Source of the DNA: an uncultured Nitrososphaerota archaeon
GTDB lineage: Archaea; Thermoproteota; Nitrososphaeria; Nitrososphaerales; Gagatemarchaeaceae
Length of the DNA: 64,000 bases
Direction: 5' to 3'
Assembly: GCA_963703285.1 (NCBI GenBank)
Contig: OY969807.1
Span: forward strand, 1,536,001-1,600,000
Both the position numbers and the translations under genes were made by a program. The notes below the pieces were generated by a model. The model was not told the origin of the DNA and searched no databases. It saw nothing but the letters and a program-made list of their open reading frames with translations. Positions 30,490 to 40,259 of this stretch are shown in pieces (the first letter of the stretch is position 1; every line of letters starts with the position of its first letter).

Positions 30490-30777
30490 TCATGTCCAGA
30501 GGATGGGTGTCCCTCGGTAAGCTTCGACGGAGTATTCTAGCGGCTCGAAATCGACGCCCTCGAGCGCTTTGGACATCTCAGGCCGCGCCGCCTCAAAATC
30601 GCTCTTGGTGTCCCAGAGTGCGGTTCCAATCAGAGCGCCAGTCTTGTCGTCCTTCCATGCGAAGACGGTAATCAATCCTTTGTGTCCTCGCTGAGCGTTC
30701 CCGAATTTCATCATTGTTTCCAGTATGGCCTGCTCTTTGCCCGGCTTTGGGTGATGGATGCCGACGCTTACATACAT
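30490..30777 (-). CDS. ABM-like dimeric alpha/beta-barrel protein
   Basis: PKPGKE...G.....W.T...F pattern; TATA-like sequence at about 30801-30807. Confidence 0.6.
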   Translation of the reverse strand: MYVSVGIHHPKPGKEQAILETMMKFGNAQRGHKGLITVFAWKDDKTGALIGTALWDTKSDFEAARPEMSKALEGVDFEPLEYSVEAYRGTPILWT

Positions 30778-30907
30778 GTTGAGAGATCGGTATGGCGCGT
30801 ATTTAAGAATCGGAGGGGTTCATTGCGCCTCCGCCGGGGCATTTCATCCACACGCTGGGCTATAGGTGCGGGCCCTGAATCAGGGCAAACGTGTTGGCAC
30901 AAGTTCC

Positions 30908-31354
30908 CTATACTCTTCCAGCAAGATCCTTGATTCCCACGATGATGTCAGAGTCGTACCCGTTTTCTTGCAGAAAGGCCTTCAGTTCCTTGTCAAGAGA
31001 CAAAAAGAGCATTCCAGAGTCGAGGGCCGTAGCATAGAGTATGTTGTCGATGTTGTCCTTGTGCCCTTTGCTGCGCAGTTCAAGAGCGATGCGAATCGCG
31101 CCAGAAGACGGACTAATCCATCTGTAGGTCCCTGACTCGAATAGACTCTTGATACCCATCCCGACGGCCAACTTGTCCACGTTCTTGGACTTGCCGAGAA
31201 GCCCCAGTATTTCGACGAAGCTTATCTGCGAGCAGCACAATCCCGTTCGCTTCCTGACGCTACCCATCGCTTCAAGGTCTTTAGGACTAATCTCCTCGAC
31301 GTCGACGCCGAGTGTGGGAAGGATAAACGAAGTGTCCAATAAGATGTCAGGCAT
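30908..31354 (-). CDS. vapC: PIN-domain toxin
   Basis: LLDTSFILP, GHKDNIDNILYATA, SLDKEL. Confidence 0.88.
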   Translation of the reverse strand: MPDILLDTSFILPTLGVDVEEISPKDLEAMGSVRKRTGLCCSQISFVEILGLLGKSKNVDKLAVGMGIKSLFESGTYRWISPSSGAIRIALELRSKGHKDNIDNILYATALDSGMLFLSLDKELKAFLQENGYDSDIIVGIKDLAGRV

Positions 31355-31583
31355 ACAGTTCAGACTGCTCCTTCTCCGATTCCAACTCGACCTCTTTTGC
31401 GGTAGTCTTCATCCATTTTTTTGAACGTATGGCGATGTCAATAGGGTCGGGTATTGGCTCGACAACCAACTTGCCGTTCACTATCTGGTATCTTACTCTC
31501 TGTCCTTCCTTGAGTCCGAGTTTCCTTACGATGTCCTTCGGCGGATAGAGAGCAAATTTCTTGGCTACCTTTCCGTCGCTCAT
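31347..31583 (-). CDS. vapB: AbrB-type antitoxin
   Basis: YPPKDIVRKLGLKEG..V....GKLVVEP. Confidence 0.85.
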   Translation of the reverse strand: MSDGKVAKKFALYPPKDIVRKLGLKEGQRVRYQIVNGKLVVEPIPDPIDIAIRSKKWMKTTAKEVELESEKEQSELYA

Positions 31584-31742
31584 GATTACCGGGCGATAGT
31601 CACTATCCCGGTACATAAGTCTTACCTGGCTATTTTGATGTACCATGTGTAGGGTTCGTTGCGCCTCCGCCGGGGCATTTCATCCACACGTTGGGCAGCA
31701 GGTGCCGCAAGGAAAATCGCGATAGCGGTTGTTCACACAGCG

Positions 31743-32003
31743 CTAGTATATCGGATGAGGACCGCACCGTAGAAAGGTGATGAGCCGTTCCCTTGATTCG
31801 ATAGAATAGAGAACTCGAATGTCACGACCGATGTCATACCCGTAGGCACCCTGCCACTTTCCAAGTTTCGGTCTGCCGAGCCTTCTAGGGTCGTCGGAGT
31901 TCAAAATGTCCCTGATTGCTTCATCGACCCTTCGTTGGTTCAAGTGGCTGAGATTCTTGTAGTCTCTTCTGAAGGTCGGGGTGTATGCAGGAGACCAGGG
32001 CAA
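31743..32003 (-). CDS. RelE/YafQ-family toxin
   Basis: TPTFRRDYK.L, KLG.W.G, DIRVLY.I, GPH. Confidence 0.8.
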   Translation of the reverse strand: MPWSPAYTPTFRRDYKNLSHLNQRRVDEAIRDILNSDDPRRLGRPKLGKWQGAYGYDIGRDIRVLYSIESRERLITFLRCGPHPIY

Positions 32004-32010
32004 CTTCTAT

Positions 32011-32250
32011 CTAACTGGAGTGCAGGTCCTCGATCATCTCGTCGGCGTTCTTGAAGTGCTTCACCCTTCCCTCTTTCGCCTCCTTCAATGATTGATCTAC
32101 TCTTGCGCGAAATCCAGGGTCGAGAATCTCGAACGTCTGCTCTGATATCACCTTGTCGCTGGCGCCGTGCGCGATTCCGTCGCGAATCATCGCTAGCAAA
32201 TGGTCCAGCGTTTCCCTATCAATGACGTATCTTTGTTCGGTTCTCGCCAT
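32011..32250 (-). CDS. Antitoxin of the RelE-like toxin
   Basis: SLKEAKEGRVK.F....EMIEDL C-terminus, adjacent to toxin. Confidence 0.75.
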   Translation of the reverse strand: MARTEQRYVIDRETLDHLLAMIRDGIAHGASDKVISEQTFEILDPGFRARVDQSLKEAKEGRVKHFKNADEMIEDLHSS

Positions 32251-32470
32251 TTCTCTGTCGCTTAATCACGCTGTCTGTCTAAATAAGCGTGAGGGTTCAT
32301 TGCGCCTCCGCCGGGGCATTTCATCCACACGTTGGGCAATAGTAAGCCTACCGGGCTGAACACGTCGTCCGAAATGCTTCCCAGTGTCCACATCACCCTC
32401 TCCTTCCGGGAGGGTAGGCATAGTCCGAAAGGGTTAAAATGGTCTGAGCACCCAAAATGGGTGAACCTAA

Positions 32471-32740
32471 ATGGGTGCCCAAGTCAAGGTCCTCCAGAAA
32501 GGAAAGGTTACGATTCCATCAGAGATGAGGGAAGCGCTCGGCGTGGATGAAGGGGATTACGTGACAATGGAAATGGTAGATAGTCACCTTGTAATCTCTT
32601 CGCCTAGGACAATACCGAATCCCACGGAAGCAATAAGCAGGCTGGTATCAGATGTCGCAGCGAAGGAGCCTCTGGACAGGGAAGCAACGAAGGCCGGGGC
32701 GGTCAGGATGAAGAGGAAGCTCCAGAGGGGCTCGAAGTGA
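32471..32740 (+). CDS. vapB: AbrB-type antitoxin
   Basis: KGKVTIP.EMREALGV.EGD. Confidence 0.88.
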   Translation: MGAQVKVLQKGKVTIPSEMREALGVDEGDYVTMEMVDSHLVISSPRTIPNPTEAISRLVSDVAAKEPLDREATKAGAVRMKRKLQRGSK

Positions 32741-33135
32741 AGTTCGTCGATTCCAACGTCTTCCTGTACACCCTGATTGGGAGTCCAAAAGCTGACTACG
32801 AGACCTCGAGAAACATACTCAAGAGGATTGAAGAAGGCGAGGAAGCCACGACAAGTTTGGCGGTCCTGCAAGAAGTGGTAGATTGGCTCGAGTACAACGG
32901 TAGAAAGAGGGAGGTCGAAGTCTTCCTTACGGCGGTCAACTCATACGCAAAGATGCGGAAGGTGAGCAACAGGTGGAGGGACTATCCGAAAGCCTCGGCC
33001 GAGGCCGGAAAAGCGGCCATTGACTTCGTGGACGCGTTATCTCTTGCCGTAATGAGAAGAGAGGGGATCAACGAGGTCTACTCCAACGACAAGGACTTCG
33101 ATAGGATTGCGGGCATAAAGAGAGTATTCGAATAG
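32737..33135 (+). CDS. vapC: PIN-domain toxin
   Basis: FVDSNVF, VLQEV, DFVDA, YSNDKDFD. Confidence 0.9.
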   Translation: MKFVDSNVFLYTLIGSPKADYETSRNILKRIEEGEEATTSLAVLQEVVDWLEYNGRKREVEVFLTAVNSYAKMRKVSNRWRDYPKASAEAGKAAIDFVDALSLAVMRREGINEVYSNDKDFDRIAGIKRVFE

Positions 33136-33248
33136 AGTTCGCCATGCTAGGGTTCATTGCGCCTCTGCCGGGGGTAGTCCCACTGATGATTTCACAATTC
33201 TACATTCTATCACAGTGTGACTTAAATACATGATGATATGCTAATCTT

Positions 33249-33497
33249 GTGAGCAGAATGTCTGAAAAGCAGGTATTCAGAACCAAGGTATCCCAGGGCT
33301 ACCAAGTGGCTGTACCCGCAAAACTTCGGAAGAAGTACGGGATAGGCGTCGGCGACGAGATAGTGTGGACGTTGGACGATGGACAGGTCAGGACGAGCTT
33401 CAGGAAGAAACCGGGTCTTGAGAATATCGTCTCCCTCGGTCGCGGCGGAGGGAATGCTGTCGAGACCAAAAGGCGAGCTCAGAGGGGGGAACTTTGA
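33249..33497 (+). CDS. vapB: AbrB-type antitoxin
   Basis: KVS.GYQV.VP..LRKKYGI..GD. Confidence 0.88.
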   Translation: MSRMSEKQVFRTKVSQGYQVAVPAKLRKKYGIGVGDEIVWTLDDGQVRTSFRKKPGLENIVSLGRGGGNAVETKRRAQRGEL

Positions 33498-33886
33498 TTT
33501 TTCTCGACTCGTCCTTCATCATCGCCCTCGCTGACGAAGGCGACCAGTACCACGATGACGCCGTTAGGGTCTTCTCAAAGCTGGATAACCACAGAGTCAT
33601 CTCCGAGCTTGTGATAGCCGAGAGTGTCTCGGCCGTGGGATCTCGGTTGGGAGTGAAAGCTGGACGGATGGTTTTCGAGAACCTCCTGTATGATTCATCG
33701 ACCAAGACGCACTTCGGCAACAGGAGGCTGTATGAGCGGGCGATGACGATATTTGCCAAGTATGGTGGTCGGCTCTCTTTCGCTGATTCCGTCTCGGTGC
33801 GTCTCATGTATGATCAGAAAATCAGGGAGATAGTCTCCTTCGATAGCGACTTTGATAGCGTCGAGGATGTCGCTCGGATTACATGA
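33494..33886 (+). CDS. vapC: PIN-domain toxin
   Basis: IFLDSSF.IAL, LSFADS, SFDSDFD. Confidence 0.9.
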   Translation: MIFLDSSFIIALADEGDQYHDDAVRVFSKLDNHRVISELVIAESVSAVGSRLGVKAGRMVFENLLYDSSTKTHFGNRRLYERAMTIFAKYGGRLSFADSVSVRLMYDQKIREIVSFDSDFDSVEDVARIT

Positions 33887-34038
33887 TCCAAGCCCTTCGT
33901 TTCTGATTACGCAGAAGGACTCGTTGCGCCTCCGCCGTGGGCATTTCATCCGAACATCAGGTTGTAGGAAGCAGAAACTCTGGGTCGACTTTGAACGAAC
34001 GATAGGTTAAAAGCAATCTGGACTCATCCGGTCATGAG

Positions 34039-34224
34039 ATGAAGGCCGACAACGCCGAACTGAAACAAGAGATACACCAGATGAAGCGGAGGATATCTTC
34101 TCTGGAGAAGGCGTTTGATTCGATGCTGACCGCTGATGATTCCAGGGCGATTGAGGAGGCCCATCATGACCTCGCTCAGGGTCAGACTGTAGACCTCTCG
34201 CAAGTAAAGAAGAAGCATTCTTGA
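34039..34224 (+). CDS. Antitoxin (RelB-like)
   Basis: AIEEA..D...G..V.L..V.K, overlaps RelE start. Confidence 0.75.
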   Translation: MKADNAELKQEIHQMKRRISSLEKAFDSMLTADDSRAIEEAHHDLAQGQTVDLSQVKKKHS

Positions 34225-34481
34225 AATTCGACGTCAAGCTCTCCAAAAGGTCTCACAAAGAGCTGCTCTCGCTCGACCCCGCAACAAAAGCGAGGATAAT
34301 CCAGCGTCTTGAAGAGCTACAGGACGATCCCTTTCCCCACGGAGTGGTGAAACTCCAAGGAAGGGTCGATACCTACAGGATAAGAGTTGGTGACTACAGA
34401 GTCCTATACGAAGTCCTGAGGAAAGAAGCGCTGGTGCTCGTCGAGAAGATTGACCACCGCAGCGGTGTCTACGGTCCCTAA
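34221..34481 (+). CDS. relE: RelE-family toxin
   Basis: KLQG...YRIRVGDYRVLY, I.HR..VY. Confidence 0.92.
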   Translation: MKFDVKLSKRSHKELLSLDPATKARIIQRLEELQDDPFPHGVVKLQGRVDTYRIRVGDYRVLYEVLRKEALVLVEKIDHRSGVYGP

Positions 34482-34610
34482 ACTCTCGAGCGCCTGGACC
34501 TTTCCTAACGGCCGTTGGTGAAACATCTTGCCGTGGATGGGGTTCATTGCGCCTCCGCCGGGGCATTTCATCCACACGTTGGGCTCTAGGTGCTAATCGT
34601 CCAGTTCGCG

Positions 34611-35558
34611 CTAGGTGCTCTTTCTCATCCATGCCAGTGTTTCTCGAATTCCGTCCTCGTAGCTCCTCGTTGGATAGTTGGTGCCGAAAAAGCTGTTAAA
34701 CTTGCTCCCGTCTAGAATGAGAGGCTCCTCCGTCAGGTACTGCATCTCCGCGAATTCCCTGGCCAGGCCGTTGAACAAGCCCGCAAGCCGTACAAATGTT
34801 CGGCTCGTTCCGGTCATCTTCGGCTCGAATCCAGCTTGCTTGTATACCAAGTTAATCCAATCGCGAACCCGAATCGGCTCCGGTCCCGGGACGTTGAACT
34901 CTTGGCCGAAGGCATCCGGTCGTTCCGAGGCTGTTACCATAGCCTTCGCCGCGTCGGAGATGAAGATGAACTCGTGCATCGCGTCGAGTTTGCCGAACCA
35001 GCGGGCCGTCTTGTTCATGAGTGCCGACCGGAATATCCCGTCTGCAACGGAGGCTGAATTCGGACCGTAGTAATCCGGAAAACGCACGATCACGCATGGC
35101 ACCTCACCGTCTCGAGAACGCTGCATGAAGGTCTCTTCCAGCGCAAGGCGTATCCGTCCCTTCCTGGAGCATGGATTCCTCGAATGGTCCTCGCGTACCT
35201 TCCCTTCTGGAGCATGACCGAAGATGTACACGTTGCCTGGGAACACCATTCTTGTCTTCGCCTTGCGCGCGGCGTCGATTATCCTACCGTGAACCTGGGG
35301 CAGTCGGGACCACTGTTGATATGGCAGGTTGATGCAATTGTAGAATAGCTCGACGCCATCGAATGCCTTCTGAAGTGTTTGAGGGTCCTCGACAGAACCT
35401 TCGATTAACTCCACCTTGTCCGGACTGGCGAAGACCTTGCCTGACTTCGCACGATTTCGAACCAGCGCTCGAACCGGTTTTCCCGCCGAAGTCAGCTCGT
35501 TGACAATCGCGCTGCCGAGCGATCCAGTCGAGCCTAACACGAGGTACAATGCGGTCAC
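34611..35558 (-). CDS. NAD-dependent epimerase/atypical SDR
   Basis: VLGSTGSLG, VRALVR, R.PDYYGP. Confidence 0.88.
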   Translation of the reverse strand: MTALYLVLGSTGSLGSAIVNELTSAGKPVRALVRNRAKSGKVFASPDKVELIEGSVEDPQTLQKAFDGVELFYNCINLPYQQWSRLPQVHGRIIDAARKAKTRMVFPGNVYIFGHAPEGKVREDHSRNPCSRKGRIRLALEETFMQRSRDGEVPCVIVRFPDYYGPNSASVADGIFRSALMNKTARWFGKLDAMHEFIFISDAAKAMVTASERPDAFGQEFNVPGPEPIRVRDWINLVYKQAGFEPKMTGTSRTFVRLAGLFNGLAREFAEMQYLTEEPLILDGSKFNSFFGTNYPTRSYEDGIRETLAWMRKST

Positions 35559-36314
35559 TAGGCAGCAATCTATCTGATATTAACAATCCCGTGCCCCAAA
35601 CGCGATGAAAAGGACTCGGCCTCTCAGGTAGCCGTAGCCCTCGTCTCCCCGAGCCCTGTATGGTGCTAGAGCCTCCAGCCATTCTTTTCTAAAACAATGG
35701 AAGGGATATGTTTTGCCACACGTGGGTCATTGCGCCTCCGCCGGTGACGGTTGAATGTTTCAGGAAGACAGTAAGCTGAGGCCGTCTTTTTGGCCAAGTG
35801 AAGGGTGATGAGTGCGGGAGGAACCGATTCCCCTCGATTGGTTCTTATATTCCTCTGGCACATATTTTTGAATGAGCTTGAAAGCGTCCGAACAAGAATA
35901 CAGGGAGTCACTGGCTTATCTCAGGGCGAAGCTCTCTGAGCCCGATGTCGAGGTCGAGCACTGGCTGAACAATATAGTCGACGGATGGATCGCTAACCGG
36001 AGAGCCACGAAGGCAAAGAAGCGGCATGGCTAGCTCAGAGGACAGAGAGGAAGTCTGTAAGCTCCTCACGAGACTTGAACCAATAATGCTGAGGAGAGTA
36101 GTGACGGCTTCGCGGCTCTCTCCCGAAACCCTGCCCGAGGAAATCCTGCTCCTGGAAAGTGTGACAGTTCTGCGCAGGGAACTCTGCGACGTGCGCGGTT
36201 GACGACTGAGCAGCACGACCAACTCGCCAAAGGTAAGCCGACGTCGTTTTCGCGACGGATGGGGTTCATTGCGCCTCCGCCGGGGGAATATCACCGATTC
36301 ATCTGTCGAGTGCC

Positions 36315-36920
36315 CTACTCTTTGACAGGTTTGTAATACAGGAGCAGATTACCCGACTTGAACCGGCGCGTTCTTACGAGCTCAAGATTCAGCTTCCCCT
36401 TCATCCCTTGCAGTATAGTGGACCCTGCACCCAAGGCAACTGGAGTGATCATGAATCTGAACTCGTCAATCAGGCCTGCCTCGGCAAACGAGACGGCAAG
36501 TCCAGACCCGCCTACCCCGATGTCTCCACCTGGACGTTCCTTCAGGCTCCGTATGTCGGCAGGGTCAAACTTGCGTACGAGCTTCACTCTTCTCCAGTTC
36601 CTGGTCTCCGATACCTCGTCGAGCGTCCTCGAGAAGACAATCTTCTCGGTGTTGTTCATGAAGTAGGCCACTTCTTGGTTTTCTTTCGACGTGAGGGGGT
36701 CGTCGGCCACGTTTGGCCAGTAGGCCTCCATTAACTGGTATACCCTGCGCCCCCAAAGGAAGAGGTCCGTCTCCTTCAGCTGCTCTATCGCGAACTTGTT
36801 GAATTCATCGTCGACCTTGTGCCAGGATAGGTCGTGTTTGGGGCCTTCGAAGTAGCCGTCGATGCTCAGCGACATGAACAGGTATAGGTTCCTTGTCTTT
36901 CGGAGTCGGGCCTTGGACAT
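36315..36920 (-). CDS. Dihydrofolate reductase-like (RibD C-terminal domain) protein
   Basis: SIDGY, GR..Y, K.VFSRTL, GG..L, LIDE......PV.LG.G. Confidence 0.9.
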   Translation of the reverse strand: MSKARLRKTRNLYLFMSLSIDGYFEGPKHDLSWHKVDDEFNKFAIEQLKETDLFLWGRRVYQLMEAYWPNVADDPLTSKENQEVAYFMNNTEKIVFSRTLDEVSETRNWRRVKLVRKFDPADIRSLKERPGGDIGVGGSGLAVSFAEAGLIDEFRFMITPVALGAGSTILQGMKGKLNLELVRTRRFKSGNLLLYYKPVKE

Positions 36921-37285
36921 GTCTCAAGAGTCGGACCTACGCCAGATAAGCTAGAGGTCAGCCAATAGGTACATGGGAGTTCGTTGGCCTCTTTCCTGTG
37001 GGAGTTCTTCCGAGCTAGTACGAACAAACGGGTTCCATCTCTGTTTCTTGCTGCTCGGAGAGCGATGTCTTCTCATTTCCAAAGTGGTTCCTTGTTTGAT
37101 GTTTTTCGCCATGCGCAAAGGGTTCATTGCGCCTCCGCCAGTGAATCTCGGTGTAGGGTAAGCGTGTGGTCGTTTGGACTGGAAAGTTCCTCTCTGTGCC
37201 GACTAGATTGCTTCGATTCTGGTTATTATCGGATCTGTGCACGTTCAGTTACTAATCTTCTGAAGAGAATCCGGCTCTTGGGCGT

Positions 37286-38581
37286 CTACATGGAAAGACC
37301 TAATCGTTCTGGGTTCGACCTTCTTTGGTAGATTTCGTCGACTTCTCTACGTGTTGCTCGGCGAGACGTTCCGGTGCTTCTTACATAGATTCCTTGCTCT
37401 GATACATAGGGCTTATTCTGGCCCTCTGGAACCCTGACAACAAACACTTGCTGTCCTCTAATCTCGGCCGTTGTTGAGGTCCAAATGATGGAAGGATCAC
37501 AGTTCTTCGATAGAGCGTTTGTGATGCTATTCTTCACTTCCTCGGGATTCCCCTTGAACCCAGGAATTTCGGCTTGATCGGATACTCCTATGAAAATCAT
37601 TCCACCTTTCGAATTCGCAAAGGCAATGGCAGCGCGCAATACTGAATCTTTGTCATAGATTTCTTTGAACTCGACAGTGTCACTCTCTCCCCTTCTGACA
37701 ATTGCCTCCAGATTCTCGAGTTCGTTCGCTATGACGACGCCTGGAGGGATGTAAGCATACCTAAGATCCGCTTGACGTGCGTCAATTCGTTTCCCAGAAT
37801 CATCAATGATGTATATGTTCATGGTAGAAACTTCGTCTGGTGAGGTATAGCTAATCTCTGAGGATTTGGGCTCAATTGTGTCGGAATACGATGGCTTCCT
37901 GTTTGCGTTCGTGGAAGCAAACTGCGCGTATACGCCATTCTTTTGAGTCTGTTCTAATGACACCCTTATCGTTCTGCCGTCTATCACGATACGACTTATC
38001 CTTGCACGATAATCAGGAAGAAGTAGTTCGATTCTCCGATCATTTGTTCCTGACATTGTGTATTCGAAATGCGCAGATACCGCCTCGTCTAAGTTTTGAT
38101 GCGGAGGAAGACCTGGTTTGAGGAAAGGGCCGTCAAAAAAGCTTCCAACGTTGGTGCCGACGAAGTCGTAGTGATTGGATGGCCAATCAAGGGATCCGAA
38201 CCCCCAGCCACTCTTACTGCTAACAAAGTAGTCCTGCCTGTTCTGAATTCCAAATGGCGCGACGTACTCAAAGCCTCCTGCTTTGAAAGTCGAGTTAATC
38301 ATCAAGTCTTCAAGCAATGGCTTCAGATTTTCTGGATTTTCATAGAACTCGGCGAGTACAAGGTCTCCGTAATCTTGTTTGTTAACGGCGCGTTCGAGTG
38401 ACCCTGATTGGATAAATGACACTCTTGCAAATCTCAGTGCCATTGTATTCGTCATTCTATCTCGACATGCAGCGAGTTTAATCTGCATCTTTCCATAGAA
38501 CGATTTTCGTGCGTCGAGATCCCTCAGAATTCTGTCACGATAGTCGAGTTCCTCTCGACTCAGTTCTTTCATTTGCGACAT
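37286..38581 (-). CDS. Protein with C-terminal Schlafen/AlbA_2 domain
   Basis: GES.TVEFKE, AFANSKGG.IFIGVSD, KPY, YVR.TGTS; AT-rich. Confidence 0.85.
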   Translation of the reverse strand: MSQMKELSREELDYRDRILRDLDARKSFYGKMQIKLAACRDRMTNTMALRFARVSFIQSGSLERAVNKQDYGDLVLAEFYENPENLKPLLEDLMINSTFKAGGFEYVAPFGIQNRQDYFVSSKSGWGFGSLDWPSNHYDFVGTNVGSFFDGPFLKPGLPPHQNLDEAVSAHFEYTMSGTNDRRIELLLPDYRARISRIVIDGRTIRVSLEQTQKNGVYAQFASTNANRKPSYSDTIEPKSSEISYTSPDEVSTMNIYIIDDSGKRIDARQADLRYAYIPPGVVIANELENLEAIVRRGESDTVEFKEIYDKDSVLRAAIAFANSKGGMIFIGVSDQAEIPGFKGNPEEVKNSITNALSKNCDPSIIWTSTTAEIRGQQVFVVRVPEGQNKPYVSEQGIYVRSTGTSRRATRREVDEIYQRRSNPERLGLSM

Positions 38582-38738
38582 TAGTTGTGATGGTTGCTTC
38601 CTGCTTTCTTAAGAGTTGTTGGTTGATGGTTGCATATCGTCACCCAGAATCAAGTTGCAGACGTCAAGCTAGTCGCCTGAATTCGATAAAGGGACGTTAC
38701 GCCATGTAGGGGTTCATTGCGCCTCCGCCGGGCTCGAA

Positions 38739-39467
38739 TCAGCGTTTCGCCTTTTCGATTATCGCGATGTAGTAAGAGTCTTTTCCGTCTAGGAACTCTC
38801 TGACGCGCCATCCTGTCCCACGCAGAAGTCGTTTCACCTCTTCTCTTGACGCCAGCAGATAGTCGAACCATTCGGTCTTGTATTGTCTGTACCTGATCCG
38901 GATTCTGAGCTGGCCTGGTAGCCGTCCCCTTCTCCTGTTTTGTTGCTGGTAAACCTGATGAATGCCGCTTTTTGGTCTGGATGGATCATTTGCATCTGCG
39001 ATGATAATCCCGTCCTTGGAGAGGAGGGGATACCACTTCTTCAGCAGCCGCCTTCCCTTCTCAATCGACCCCAGTAGGCCCAGCACGTTCCCCATCATGA
39101 GGAACGTATCGAAGGAGTCGGGCTTGAAACGTAGATTCTCCATGTTTCCGACGATGGCATTCCTCAACCCTCGTTTCTCACACACCTCGATGGCCAGAGG
39201 AGACCTGTCGATTCCAATTACGTCGTACCCTTTGCTCTGAAGATACAACGCATGCTTCCCTACGCCGCAACCAACGTCGAGTATCCTGCCCTTGACGTGG
39301 CTAATCGCCTGTTTGTGCAGGTCGGCCCAGTCCTTGTACTCGAGAAAGAAACTTCCAGCGTCCCTTATGTCCAGCAACCCGTCGTCGCGCTCGATCGCGT
39401 AGTAGGCTTTCCCGGTCTGGAACTGGTCCGACATCGCGCGTCCGTGCGCATCTTCGTCGGGGTTCAA
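38739..39467 (-). CDS. Class I SAM-dependent methyltransferase
   Basis: IERDDG, ILDVGCGVG, GIDRSP, FDTFLM.GN. Confidence 0.9.
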   Translation of the reverse strand: MNPDEDAHGRAMSDQFQTGKAYYAIERDDGLLDIRDAGSFFLEYKDWADLHKQAISHVKGRILDVGCGVGKHALYLQSKGYDVIGIDRSPLAIEVCEKRGLRNAIVGNMENLRFKPDSFDTFLMMGNVLGLLGSIEKGRRLLKKWYPLLSKDGIIIADANDPSRPKSGIHQVYQQQNRRRGRLPGQLRIRIRYRQYKTEWFDYLLASREEVKRLLRGTGWRVREFLDGKDSYYIAIIEKAKR

Positions 39468-39711
39468 CGTGCGTTACTATGTGCAACCTAGGGCTATAAG
39501 ATACGTATTCTCCATCCTGTCTTGCGAATTCATCAAGAGCATCCAGGCTTTCTTAATCTTAGATGCCGAAAGAAAGGCATGCCATGTATAGGGTTCATTG
39601 CGCCTCCACTGGGGCATTTCATCCACACGTTCGGCTATGAGTTTCGGCGACATTGCTCGGTAGATAGGATAGGAGGGGTTATCGGCGCTGCGAACATCTG
39701 GTTGCAGGGAC

Positions 39712-40143
39712 TCAGAGGGGCAAGCTTTCTTGGATGGCGCCAAGATATTTTTCGTTTATCATGTATAGTTCGTTGTTCCAGTCCACATAATGTAGCGGCT
39801 CTTTTCCAAGAGCTTTGTACCGCTTGCTGAGCGATGAAAGAGGACCACCCAGCTGTTGATTACTCAGCCCAAGTTCCTGCTTTACCTCGGCTATCGGTGC
39901 TGTCCTGCCCCTTCGTATGATGGATATGAAGAAACGCCTTCCGACGTCGTTCGTGTTTGAAAGGAAATTCTGAATCTCTTGGGTGGTCCATTCCGACGGA
40001 GTTCCACCCTGAACGGAAGTTGGAGGCGTGACCTCAGCACAGAGCAGAAATGCAGCTGATCCATAGAATTTTCGAATCTTGTTAGTAAGGTCTTGCAAGT
40101 CTTGATACTGGAACCGCACTTCTTGTAGATTATCTGTAGACAT
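39712..40143 (-). CDS. Hypothetical protein with C-terminal HTH-like region
   Basis: IAEVKQELGLSNQQLGGPLSSL. Confidence 0.5.
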   Translation of the reverse strand: MSTDNLQEVRFQYQDLQDLTNKIRKFYGSAAFLLCAEVTPPTSVQGGTPSEWTTQEIQNFLSNTNDVGRRFFISIIRRGRTAPIAEVKQELGLSNQQLGGPLSSLSKRYKALGKEPLHYVDWNNELYMINEKYLGAIQESLPL

Positions 40144-40259
40144 TATTATTCATCTCACGTATTATCTATTATATCTATAAGTATTAAAAGATTGCTTAGA
40201 GGTTACTGCAGGTAACTATTGATAACTGTTACATATGTGAGATGTTTGCTTGCGTTTTG

